Shown here piece after piece: positions 39,917 to 48,983 of a stretch of 64,000 nt of DNA. Source of the stretch: Clostridia bacterium (GTDB lineage: Bacteria; Bacillota; Clostridia; Oscillospirales; Acutalibacteraceae); contig JAKSQC010000001.1 of NCBI GenBank assembly GCA_024404325.1, positions 13,340 to 77,339 on the forward strand, in the 5' to 3' direction. Positions within the stretch are counted from its first letter, which is position 1; every line of letters begins with the position of its first letter. The notes under the pieces are model-generated. The model was not told the origin of the DNA and made no database searches. It worked only from the letters and a program-made list of their open reading frames with translations. A program made the position numbers and the translations under genes.

Positions 39917-40709
39917 ACTTTTTGTTATTGATGCACACTGCCACGTCTACCCCGATAAAATTGCAACCATAGCATCGGGCAATACCGACCGTTTTTACGA
40001 TACAGTATCTAAACACGATGGCAAGGTGGGTACGCTCCTTGATTTAAAAGAGGAAAGCGGTATAGACCGCTTTTTGGTGCAGTCAGTAGCAACCACGCCG
40101 AAACAGGTACAAAGAATAAATCAGTTTATTGCCGATACCGTAAATAACAGTAACGGTATTATGACGGGACTTGGTACTCTCCACCCTGACAGTGCAGATT
40201 TAAAGGCGGACGTAATGCAAATAAAGCAACTTGGTCTTCACGGGGTAAAACTGCACCCCGATATCCAACAGTTTAAAATTGATGATTACAGATGTCTTAA
40301 AATTTATGAACTCTGCGAGCAGGAAAATTTACCTGTTCTTATGCACACGGGTGACAACAGATATGATTTTTCCAATCCAAACCGTCTTTTACCCGTTATA
40401 AAAATATTTGATAAATTAACCCTTGTAGCCGCCCATCTCGGCGGATATTCGGTGTGGGAAGAAGCAGTACAAAAACTTGCAGGTATTAAAAATCTGTATT
40501 TTGACTGTTCATCATCATTTTTTTGGTTAAACCCAAAACGTGCAAAGGAGATAATTGAAATTTACGGTACTGACCGTGTATTATTCGGAAGTGACTATCC
40601 GATGTGGTCGCCCAAAGCAGAACTTGATACCTTGTTATCTCTTGGCTTTGGCGATGATGATTTAAAGATGATTTTATCTGAAAATGCTAAAAAAATTTAT
40701 AATATTTAA
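39903..40709 (+). CDS. Amidohydro_2-family metal-dependent TIM-barrel enzyme (hydrolase/decarboxylase superfamily)
   Basis: Has IDAHCHVYP (HxH), LHPD, MHTGD, AHLGG and FGSDYP. It overlaps the upstream gene by 14 nt. Confidence 0.8.
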   Translation: MVNGKLFVIDAHCHVYPDKIATIASGNTDRFYDTVSKHDGKVGTLLDLKEESGIDRFLVQSVATTPKQVQRINQFIADTVNNSNGIMTGLGTLHPDSADLKADVMQIKQLGLHGVKLHPDIQQFKIDDYRCLKIYELCEQENLPVLMHTGDNRYDFSNPNRLLPVIKIFDKLTLVAAHLGGYSVWEEAVQKLAGIKNLYFDCSSSFFWLNPKRAKEIIEIYGTDRVLFGSDYPMWSPKAELDTLLSLGFGDDDLKMILSENAKKIYNI

Positions 40710-40726
40710 AGGACTTGTTTTAAAAT

Positions 40727-41569
40727 ATGAGAAAGTATAAATCAATCACTTTATATTTAATTGTTGCTCTTATGCTTTTATGCCTTTGCGGGTGCAGAAA
40801 AACAAGCACTTCCAATTTAAGTTGTGAAAGCAGTTATCCGTCTATAACATCATCACAAGAAAGCGAAGAAGAACAGACGGAAGAATCGGCACCCGAAAGT
40901 ACACAGGTTTCGGCATCGGTTCAAGAAAACACATCTTCTGCATCTTCTGCATCTTCGGCACAAAAAACACCTGCCAAACCAAAAACCAATCCAAACCCCT
41001 ATCTTCTTAAAGTCAACCGTACACAAAATCTTGTAATTGCATATTCAAAAGACGGAAACGGTGAATATACCGTTCCGGTAAGGGCTATGATATGTTCTGT
41101 CGGTTTAAACGGTGACACTCCTACAGATACATATAAAACACAAAACAAATACGTTTGGCGTCCGCTCATAGGCAATGTTTACGGTCAGTACGCTACAAGA
41201 ATTACGGGAAGTATACTTTTTCACTCGGTGCCATACAGTTCACAAAATAAATCTACTCTTGATTACAATGAGTACAATAAGCTTGGCAGTTCTGCTTCGC
41301 ACGGTTGCGTGAGAATGACGGTAGAAGATGCTAAATGGATATACGATAACTGCCCGCTTGGTACTACCGTAATAATCTATGACAGCAATGCTCCCGAGCC
41401 TCTTGCAAAGCCATCGGCACAAAAAATCGACCCGTCAAGTCCAATGTGTGGTTGGGACCCGACAGACCCTGACCCTGCAAATCCGTGGAAAAATACAACA
41501 CCCGCTCCAAAAGAACCTGAAACCGAACCGCAACAGGAAATAACAGAAGAAACAGAGCAAACAGAATAA
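40727..41569 (+). CDS. L,D-transpeptidase (YkuD domain) lipoprotein
   Basis: Has a signal peptide with lipobox LCLCGC, an S/E/Q-rich linker, and a YkuD catalytic block FHSVP...SHGCVRM. Confidence 0.85.
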   Translation: MRKYKSITLYLIVALMLLCLCGCRKTSTSNLSCESSYPSITSSQESEEEQTEESAPESTQVSASVQENTSSASSASSAQKTPAKPKTNPNPYLLKVNRTQNLVIAYSKDGNGEYTVPVRAMICSVGLNGDTPTDTYKTQNKYVWRPLIGNVYGQYATRITGSILFHSVPYSSQNKSTLDYNEYNKLGSSASHGCVRMTVEDAKWIYDNCPLGTTVIIYDSNAPEPLAKPSAQKIDPSSPMCGWDPTDPDPANPWKNTTPAPKEPETEPQQEITEETEQTE

Positions 41570-41604
41570 AACAAAACAGTCTGTGTCATATTAAAAATAT
41601 AAAT

Positions 41605-41650
41605 AGAGCATATTAAGTCTCCGTTTACGGTTTTTCACTTAATATGCTCT
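41605..41650. terminator. Bidirectional terminator between ldt (+) and dnaJ (-)
   Basis: A 14-bp stem AGAGCATATTAAGT / ACTTAATATGCTCT with an 18-nt loop, followed by TTTTCTTT. Confidence 0.6.
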
Positions 41651-41669
41651 TTTCTTTATTTTATGGTTA

Positions 41670-42821
41670 TTATTCGTTAAAAAAGTCTTTAACCTTATCC
41701 ATAAAACCTTTGCGTTTTTTGTAGTTTGATTCGCCTGTTGCAAGGTCAAATTCTTTTAATTTTTCTTTTTGGGCTTTTGAAAGATCTCTTGGCACTTCTA
41801 CGTTTATTTTAACGTATTGATCACCCTTACCTGAGTAATTAAGACGTTGTATACCCTTGCCTTTCAACTTAAATTCATCACCTGGTTGAGTACCCTCATG
41901 AATGGTAAATTTAACCTTACCGTCAAGAGTTGGCACGGTGATTTCAGCACCTGATGTTGCCTGTGCGAAGGTTATCGGTATTTCGCAAAAGACATCAAAA
42001 CCGTCTCTTGTGAAAATCGGGTGCGGACGAACGTTTACATTTATACGCAAATCTCCCGCAGGACCGCCGTTAGCACCTGCATCACCGCCACCGCGAACAC
42101 TTATTATCTGACCGTCGTCTATACCGGCAGGAATATCAATATTTTGTTCTACTGTATGCCTTATACGTCCCTTTCCTGCACAGGTATGGCAGGGCTTATC
42201 TATTATCTTACCGCTTCCGTGACAGTTATCGCAGACCTTTTGTGTCTGCATAACGCCGAAAGGTGTTCGCTGTGTGGCAGATACCTGACCGCTTCCGTGA
42301 CATACAGGACAGGTTTTAGAAGAAGTGCCTTTTTCACAACCCGTACCGCCACAATCTTTACAGTTATCTATTTTTGTAACCTTTACTGTCTTACTGCAAC
42401 CTTTTGCCGCCTCTTCAAATGACAGATTTACAGATGCAGCCGCATCGTTTCCCCTACGCGGTGCATTTGGGTTGGAACGTCTGCCCCCGCCGAAACCTCC
42501 GCCGAAGAAAGAACTGAATATATCGCCGAGGTCGGAAAAATCTCCGGTAAATCCACCGCCGAAACCTCCGCCACCTGCACCGAAGTTCGGGTCAACACCT
42601 GCGTGTCCGAACTGGTCATACCTCGCACGCTTTTCCTTATCGGACAGTACCTCGTAAGCCTCATTTACTTCCTTAAAGTTTTTTTCAGCTTCGGCATCAC
42701 CGGGGTGTAAATCGGGGTGATACTTCTTTGCGGCTTTTCTGTATGCTTTTTTTAGTTCCTCGTCGCCTACCGATTTGTCAACGCCGAGTACGTCATAATA
42801 ATCTCGTTTATCTTCAGCCAA
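41670..42821 (-). CDS. dnaJ: Chaperone DnaJ
   Basis: Has a J-domain with HPD, a G/F-rich linker and four CxxCxGxG zinc motifs. It uses a TTG start 8 nt after AGGAG. Confidence 0.95.
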   Translation of the reverse strand: MAEDKRDYYDVLGVDKSVGDEELKKAYRKAAKKYHPDLHPGDAEAEKNFKEVNEAYEVLSDKEKRARYDQFGHAGVDPNFGAGGGGFGGGFTGDFSDLGDIFSSFFGGGFGGGRRSNPNAPRRGNDAAASVNLSFEEAAKGCSKTVKVTKIDNCKDCGGTGCEKGTSSKTCPVCHGSGQVSATQRTPFGVMQTQKVCDNCHGSGKIIDKPCHTCAGKGRIRHTVEQNIDIPAGIDDGQIISVRGGGDAGANGGPAGDLRINVNVRPHPIFTRDGFDVFCEIPITFAQATSGAEITVPTLDGKVKFTIHEGTQPGDEFKLKGKGIQRLNYSGKGDQYVKINVEVPRDLSKAQKEKLKEFDLATGESNYKKRKGFMDKVKDFFNE

Positions 42822-42901
42822 AGTAATTTCTCCTACAACTTTATGTAAAGTTTATATCAGCAAAGATTTTCTCTTTGCTGATACTACTGCTAAACTAAAT
42901 A

Positions 42902-44746
42902 TTACTTATTGTTGTTATCATCAACGTCGGTATAATCAGCCTCATATACGTTGCTGTCCGCATTATCCTGAGCGTTGCCCTGAGCATCGCCCTGTGCGGC
43001 ACCCTGAGCCTGTGCAGCCGCATTATATACCTTTTCGCTTATCGCATAAAGTTCCTTTTGAAGTTCGTCCTGCTTTGCCTTAATAGCATCATTATCTTCG
43101 CCCTTAAGTGCCTCTTTCAAAGCCTCTTTGGCAGTTTCTATTTTAGATTTTTCTTCATCGGTAAGTTTATCACCGAATTCACTTACTGTCTTTTCGGTTT
43201 GATAAATCATCTGGTCTGCATTATTTCTTAAATCAACGTTTTCTCTGCGTTTCTTGTCCTCTGCCGCATAAGCCTCTGCTTCCTTAACCGCCTTGTCTAT
43301 ATCCTCTTTGGACATATTGGTATTTGAAGTAATGGTAATGTTGTTTTCCTTGCCTGTACCTAAATCTTTTGCGGATACGTGAACAATACCGTTTGCATCT
43401 ATATCAAAGGTAACTTCGATTTGAGGAATTCCTCTCGGTGCAGGTGCGATACCGTCAAGATGGAATACGCCCAAAGTCTTATTATCCTTTGCAAATTCAC
43501 GTTCACCCTGTAAAACGTGTACCTCAACAGAAGTCTGACCGTCTGCGGCGGTAGAGAAAATCTGACTTTTTTTAGTAGGAATGGTGGTGTTACGCTCGAT
43601 AACCTTTGTTGAAACTCCGCCCATTGTTTCAATACCGAGTGACAGTGGGGTTACGTCAAGTAAAAGAAGTCCCTTTACGTCACCGCCTAATACACCTGCC
43701 TGAAGTGATGCACCGATTGCAACACATTCGTCAGGATTGATACCTTTAAACGGTTCACTGCCCATAAATGACTTTACTGCCTCTTGAACGGCAGGAATTC
43801 TTGAAGAACCGCCGACCATTAAAACTTTATTTATTTCATTCTTATTAAGTCCCGAGTCCGAAAGTGCCTGACGTACAGGTCCCATGGTAGCCTCTACCAA
43901 ATCTGCCGTAAGTTCGTTGAACTTTGCTCTTGTGAGGGTTGTTTCAAAGTGTTTAGGACCTGTGGAATCAGCCGTTATAAACGGAAGATTTATATCTGCC
44001 GTAGTCATACCCGAAAGGTCGATTTTCGCCTTTTCAGCAGCCTCTTTTACACGTTGCATTGCCATTTTATCCCCTGAAAGATCAATGCCCTGCTCTGCTT
44101 TAAAGGTAGAAACGATAAAGTCCATTACACGTTTATCGAAATCGTCGCCGCCGAGTTTGTTGTTACCGGCAGTTGCCAAAACCTCTTGAACACCGTCACC
44201 CATTTCAATAATGGAAACATCGAAAGTACCTCCGCCTAAGTCATATACCATAACCTTTTGGTCGTCCTCTTTGTCTATACTGTAAGCAAGAGCGGCGGCG
44301 GTAGGCTCATTTATAATACGTTTAACGTCAAGACCTGCAATTTTACCTGCATCCTTTGTTGCCTGACGCTGTGCATCTGTAAAGTATGCAGGAACGGTAA
44401 TAACCGCCTCTGTAACCGTCTGACCTAAATAAGCCTCTGCGTCGGTTTTAAGTTTTTGAAGAATAATAGCCGAAATTTCCTGCGGAGTATACTTCTTATC
44501 GTCAATGGCAACGGTATAAGAACTTCCCATTTCACGCTTTATTGAACTGATTGTTCTGTCAGGGTTTGTAATTGCCTGACGCTTTGCAACCTGACCTACC
44601 ATACGTTCGCCCGTCTTTGAAAAAGCAACAACAGACGGTGTTGTTCTCGAACCCTCTGCGTTCGCAATTACTACCGGCTCTCCGCCCTCCATAACTGCTA
44701 CACAAGAGTTTGTAGTACCTAAATCAATACCTATAATTTTTCCCAT
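42902..44746 (-). CDS. dnaK: Chaperone DnaK (Hsp70)
   Basis: Has [25 protein letters not shown] and other Hsp70 blocks. Confidence 0.98.
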   Translation of the reverse strand: MGKIIGIDLGTTNSCVAVMEGGEPVVIANAEGSRTTPSVVAFSKTGERMVGQVAKRQAITNPDRTISSIKREMGSSYTVAIDDKKYTPQEISAIILQKLKTDAEAYLGQTVTEAVITVPAYFTDAQRQATKDAGKIAGLDVKRIINEPTAAALAYSIDKEDDQKVMVYDLGGGTFDVSIIEMGDGVQEVLATAGNNKLGGDDFDKRVMDFIVSTFKAEQGIDLSGDKMAMQRVKEAAEKAKIDLSGMTTADINLPFITADSTGPKHFETTLTRAKFNELTADLVEATMGPVRQALSDSGLNKNEINKVLMVGGSSRIPAVQEAVKSFMGSEPFKGINPDECVAIGASLQAGVLGGDVKGLLLLDVTPLSLGIETMGGVSTKVIERNTTIPTKKSQIFSTAADGQTSVEVHVLQGEREFAKDNKTLGVFHLDGIAPAPRGIPQIEVTFDIDANGIVHVSAKDLGTGKENNITITSNTNMSKEDIDKAVKEAEAYAAEDKKRRENVDLRNNADQMIYQTEKTVSEFGDKLTDEEKSKIETAKEALKEALKGEDNDAIKAKQDELQKELYAISEKVYNAAAQAQGAAQGDAQGNAQDNADSNVYEADYTDVDDNNNK

Positions 44747-44787
44747 AATAAAATTCCTCCAAAGTTATATATGTTGTTATATTAAAC

Positions 44788-45300
44788 TTAATTTGCTACC
44801 TTTACCATTGCCGGACGTATAACCGTATCGCCTAATTTATACCCCTTTTGCAAAACTTCGGCTATTACGTTTTCCGACATTTCTTCGTCTTCTATATGCA
44901 TAACCGCTTCGTGCATATTCGGGTCAAAGTTATCTCCGACACTTCCGATTTGCTCAATACCCAGCGTATCGACAATAGTTTCAAACTGCTTGACAATCAT
45001 CTCAATTCCCTTTATATAGTCTGCACTTTCTTTATTGGAAACAGACGCACGGTCTATGTTATCAATGATTGGCAAAAGTTTCTTGATTATACCTGCCTTT
45101 GCAAATTCCGCCACACCCGATTTTTCTCTTTCGGTGCGTTTCTTATAGTTATCAAACTCGGCGGCTGTACGGATAAGTAAATCGTTTTTATTTTCAAGTT
45201 CTTCCTTTAATTTCTCAATTTCCGTATCTTTTTTGCTCTTCTTTTTTTCTTTTTTCTCGCCTACTTGTTGCTCGTTTTGTACCTTTTCTTCCTCTGCCAC
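44788..45300 (-). CDS. grpE: Nucleotide exchange factor GrpE
   Basis: Has a charged N-terminus and a GrpE core (RTAAEFDNYKKR, HEAV). It uses a GTG start 8 nt after GGAGG. Confidence 0.9.
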   Translation of the reverse strand: MAEEEKVQNEQQVGEKKEKKKSKKDTEIEKLKEELENKNDLLIRTAAEFDNYKKRTEREKSGVAEFAKAGIIKKLLPIIDNIDRASVSNKESADYIKGIEMIVKQFETIVDTLGIEQIGSVGDNFDPNMHEAVMHIEDEEMSENVIAEVLQKGYKLGDTVIRPAMVKVAN

Positions 45301-45303
45301 TTG

Positions 45304-46302
45304 TCAGTCCTCCATATCTTTTACCGCCTGTGTCATAAGCGATGTCAGACACAGTGCCGTATATTCTATACTCGGAATTATTTGTTCGTAAGACATTCTT
45401 CCACGCCCTAATATACCGATTTTTCCGCAATATGTTTTGCCGTTTGAATATCTTGAAACAACCAATGTTTTGCCGCTTAGCTCATTAAATAAAGTATCAT
45501 TACCGAAAATAACCTCTGTTTTAACATTTTCGTTGCCCATTGCCGAAATAAGAGGCTCGCCTCTTTCTGCAAGGGACATTATGCGTCTTGCTCCGTCATC
45601 ACCGAAAAGATTATATAAATTTGAACTTCCGATTATATTTACGCTTGAACTGTCAGCCTTTTGTGCCATTTCAAAAAGTGCCGTAAAAATCGGCATAAGT
45701 GCAAACGAATTAAGTCCCGAAAGGGAAATAATATTTTGCAGTGTTGCCATATTAAAATCGGATAGTGGTCTTCCTTTAAGACGGTTATTTACAATATCGC
45801 AAAACAAACTTTTAAGTTCATTATTAAGACCGCTTTGAAGACGTACTACCGCATTATCCGCCCTGCCGTCAGACGTTATCATAAGTATTACCGCACTGTG
45901 TAAACTTATTGTAATAAGTTCTGCTTTTCTTAAATAAACTCCGCTTCCGACCGCATACGATACAACCGATGGAAAACCCGTAAGCTCGCAAAGAATATTC
46001 CCCGCCACACAGGGCATTTCTTTAAGACCGCAATTAATGGATGAAAACTGTAAATCAATATACTCTTTTGTACTGACACTAAGCGGTGCGGGTTTTAAGG
46101 AACTTATATAAAACCTATATCCCGAACTTGTGGGTATCCGCCCTGCCGAGGTATGCGGTTGGCTTAAAAGACCAAGTGTACAAAGTTCGTTCATTTCATT
46201 TCTAAGTGTTGCAGATGACGGTGCATTTTTAAGCAACCCCGTAAGTGCTTTTGAACCTACCGGTTCTCCCGTTTCAATATAAGCCTTTACAACCGCCTGC
46301 AA
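45304..46302 (-). CDS. hrcA: Heat-inducible repressor HrcA (true N-terminus probably ~10 codons further upstream; see findings)
   Basis: Has GEPVGSKAL winged-helix and HrcA C-terminal blocks, and is the first gene of the dnaK operon behind CIRCE. The ORF-track start is TTG 46302. Confidence 0.88.
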   Translation of the reverse strand: MQAVVKAYIETGEPVGSKALTGLLKNAPSSATLRNEMNELCTLGLLSQPHTSAGRIPTSSGYRFYISSLKPAPLSVSTKEYIDLQFSSINCGLKEMPCVAGNILCELTGFPSVVSYAVGSGVYLRKAELITISLHSAVILMITSDGRADNAVVRLQSGLNNELKSLFCDIVNNRLKGRPLSDFNMATLQNIISLSGLNSFALMPIFTALFEMAQKADSSSVNIIGSSNLYNLFGDDGARRIMSLAERGEPLISAMGNENVKTEVIFGNDTLFNELSGKTLVVSRYSNGKTYCGKIGILGRGRMSYEQIIPSIEYTALCLTSLMTQAVKDMED

Positions 46303-46365
46303 AACCGCCTGTTTTCTCTGTGAAAGTTCCGTTTTCCGTCACCCCCGCAAAACCGTTTTCATAAA

Positions 46366-46392
46366 TTAGCACTCTTGCTGTGCGAGTGCCAA
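46366..46392. promoter_or_regulatory. CIRCE operator
   Basis: TTAGCACTC-N9-GAGTGCCAA has one mismatch to the consensus TTAGCACTC-N9-GAGTGCTAA. It lies between the promoter and hrcA. Confidence 0.9.
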
Positions 46393-46399
46393 CGATTAT

Positions 46400-46427
46400 A
46401 TTATATACTGAATTTTCCAAAAGTCAA
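46400..46427 (-). promoter_or_regulatory. Sigma-A promoter of the hrcA-grpE-dnaK-dnaJ operon
   Basis: On the minus strand: TTGACT, 16 nt, then TATAAT, directly upstream of CIRCE. Confidence 0.6.
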
Positions 46428-46547
46428 CACTTTTTATCAAATTTTCTTTGACCTTTCCTGACCTTTTACATTTTGTTAATAATTTGTATTCAGTTTCTCT
46501 CGTTCGTTGCTTTAATTATATCATATCTCCTCTTTTTCATTTTTCAT

Positions 46548-46579
46548 GAAAAAACAAAGCCCTCCGTAAAGGACTTTGT
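46548..46579 (-). terminator. Intrinsic terminator of putP
   Basis: On the minus strand: a hairpin ACAAAGTCC..GGAGGGCTTTGT followed by TTTTTTC, ~15 nt after the stop. Confidence 0.6.
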
Positions 46580-46594
46580 CTACAATCATTTATT

Positions 46595-48142
46595 TCATCT
46601 TTTTAAACTCTGTTTAACTTCTTCAAATGTATCGACTATTTCCTGATTTGGTGCTTGTGTGAGAAGACTTACCACTATAATGGAAATCAGTCCTAATATG
46701 AATGCCGGCAGCAGTTCATATATATCCAAAACCGTACCTGCAAAAGCAGAACGAATAACAAATTTCCAAATGAATACAGTTGCACTTCCGACTAATATTC
46801 CGGTAATAGCACCGTACTTATTAGTACGTTTCCAAAACAGTGCACAGAGCATCAACGGACCGAATGCCGCACCGAAACCTGCCCACGCGAATGAAACTAT
46901 GCGGAATACCGAACTTTCGGGATCACGTGCCAAGAAAATGGCAATTACAGAAATTAAGACAACCGAGATACGTGCAAGCAACATTGCTACCTTTGGTTTT
47001 AATTTTATATTAAAGGTTTCCTGAATAATATTTTGCGACACACTTGATGCCGCCGCAAGCAACTGTGAATCGGCAGTAGACATAGTTGATGCCAATATAC
47101 CTGCAAGAATGATACCTGCCGTAAATGCGGGTACACAACCGAAACGGCTTAAATATTTTGCTATATCAACAATTATTGTTTCTGCGACATCGGCATTTTT
47201 ATAAGACGGAAGAACACCGTTTTTCATAAGTGAATATCCGACTACACCGATAAGAATTGCAACAGCCATTGAAATGACAACCCATGTACTTGCCACTCTA
47301 CGCGAGGTTTTAAGTTTATTTTCGTCCTTTATGCCCATAAATCTTAAAAGAATATGAGGCATACCGAAATAGCCGAGTCCCCAAGCAAGGGTGGACGCAA
47401 CGGGTAATGCTCCGTAACTTGTAGCAACGCCGTTTGCCACATCGTGTCCCTTAAACAAATTTGTAAAGCCTTCAAGTGATGAAACGTTTGAAAATACGTT
47501 TCCGAAACCTTTTACAAGTCCCTCGCCAAACCCTACTACAACGAAAAGTGCAATAGTCATAACAATAGACTGAATAAAGTCGGTAGTGGAAGCGGCAAGG
47601 AAACCTCCTAATGTACAGTATATAATTATTACTGCCGCACTAAGAATCATTGCACGCATATAATTTATACCGAAAAGCGAAGAAAACAGCTTACCGCAAG
47701 CGGCAAAACCCGATGCAGTATAGGGAATAAAGAAAATAATAATTATCAATGCGGAAAGAGTAGTGATTACCTTTTTATCGTCACCGAAACGTGTACCGAA
47801 AAAATGCGGTATTGTGTAAGCATCTATTCTCTGACTGTAAACACGAAGGCGTTTCGCAACAATCAGCCAATTTATGTATGTACCTGCCGCAAGACCTATT
47901 GCCGTCCAACTTGCCTCGGCAAGACCGCCCATCATCGCAACTGCGGGAAGTCCCATTAAAAGCCAGCCACTCATATCGGAGGCTTCGGCACTCATTGCCG
48001 TTACCAAAGGTCCTAACGATCTACCACCTAAAAAAAAGTCTTTTGTGGTTTTGTTTTTATCGGCAAACTTAAAGCCAATAACAATCATCATAATCATATA
48101 AATTACGATAGCCACAAGAATAATCCAAAGTGAAGTTGTCAT
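46595..48142 (-). CDS. putP: Sodium:solute symporter, PutP-like (Na+/proline)
   Basis: 515 aa and ~13 TM helices. The N-terminal block GGRSLGPLVTAMSAEASDMSGWLLMGLP is characteristic of PutP. Confidence 0.8.
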   Translation of the reverse strand: MTTSLWIILVAIVIYMIMMIVIGFKFADKNKTTKDFFLGGRSLGPLVTAMSAEASDMSGWLLMGLPAVAMMGGLAEASWTAIGLAAGTYINWLIVAKRLRVYSQRIDAYTIPHFFGTRFGDDKKVITTLSALIIIIFFIPYTASGFAACGKLFSSLFGINYMRAMILSAAVIIIYCTLGGFLAASTTDFIQSIVMTIALFVVVGFGEGLVKGFGNVFSNVSSLEGFTNLFKGHDVANGVATSYGALPVASTLAWGLGYFGMPHILLRFMGIKDENKLKTSRRVASTWVVISMAVAILIGVVGYSLMKNGVLPSYKNADVAETIIVDIAKYLSRFGCVPAFTAGIILAGILASTMSTADSQLLAAASSVSQNIIQETFNIKLKPKVAMLLARISVVLISVIAIFLARDPESSVFRIVSFAWAGFGAAFGPLMLCALFWKRTNKYGAITGILVGSATVFIWKFVIRSAFAGTVLDIYELLPAFILGLISIIVVSLLTQAPNQEIVDTFEEVKQSLKR

Positions 48143-48236
48143 TTTTTACTCTCCTATAAAAAAATATAGAATATTTTACCATAAAAACATAAATTTTACA
48201 AGACTTAGGGAAAAATAAATTTTCACTCAAAATATT

Positions 48237-48911
48237 TCACAGTAAAAGCAAATCATTTTTACATTCCAAATTTGTCTTTTGAACTGTACCGTTTATGCAG
48301 TATGCTACGCAGAAATCAGGTATATCAGAGTACTCTGCAAAGTTATAAATACCGTCTGTATCACAGCAACTGACTGATATATTTTCCCCGTCTATACTTA
48401 TACAAAATCTATCAAGCGGTAGTTTTAGTCCAAAGCCCGTAGCCTTTATAAAACTTTCCTTTAACGTCCAAAAACTAAAGAATTGCCGTTGTTGCTCGGC
48501 AGTGTTATGTAAACCAACTATATTGTTGTATTCATCTGTATGAAAAAACCTCTTTGCAATACTTAAATCAATATTATCAATTCTTTCTATATCGCAACCT
48601 ATTTCCGTATCAGAAATTGCTACTAATGCTTTATTGTCGCTATGTGATACGCTAAAATATAAATTAGGCTCATTTTCAAAATACGGCTTACCGTATTTAC
48701 CCTCTTTATAAAGCATATTCTTTTCTATAAGTCCCAAATCTTTTAGTGCACTACCGAGCAAAATGCCCGCACCAAGGCTTAAATTTTTATCTTTTCTTTG
48801 CTTGAATGTATTTATTTTTTCCTGCCTGTATTTTGAAACATTTTTATAAAAAAAATTAAAAGTATTTTCATCGCTTAGCGGTGTTACATTCATATACATC
48901 AACCGTATCAA
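48237..48911 (-). CDS. Sfp-type 4'-phosphopantetheinyl transferase
   Basis: Has FSVSHSDN, IGCDIE and FWTLKESFIKATG motifs. It uses a TTG start 6 nt after GGAGAG. Confidence 0.8.
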   Translation of the reverse strand: MIRLMYMNVTPLSDENTFNFFYKNVSKYRQEKINTFKQRKDKNLSLGAGILLGSALKDLGLIEKNMLYKEGKYGKPYFENEPNLYFSVSHSDNKALVAISDTEIGCDIERIDNIDLSIAKRFFHTDEYNNIVGLHNTAEQQRQFFSFWTLKESFIKATGFGLKLPLDRFCISIDGENISVSCCDTDGIYNFAEYSDIPDFCVAYCINGTVQKTNLECKNDLLLL

Positions 48912-48942
48912 GTCAATCTCTCCATATCCCGTTAGTCTAAAA

Positions 48943-48973
48943 AAGATGCATTGCTAAAATAGCAGTGCATCTT
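48943..48973 (-). terminator. Intrinsic terminator after the CapD-like gene
   Basis: A 14-bp hairpin (one mismatch) AAGATGCATTGCTA/TAGCAGTGCATCTT, flanked by an A-run and a T-run. Confidence 0.6.
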
Positions 48974-48983
48974 CTGTTTTTTA

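Noticed and set aside
45215-45430. 71-aa minus-strand ORF across the hrcA/grpE junction
   Set aside because: It is out of frame with both well-supported genes, and its Arg/Lys-rich translation derives from the grpE 5' region.
46339-46362. 7-codon mini-ORF (MKTVLRG) upstream of hrcA as a leader peptide
   Set aside because: Its ATG lies 4 nt after CIRCE with no SD, and the strong SD overlaps its stop codon. More likely it is incidental; see the hrcA start-codon finding.
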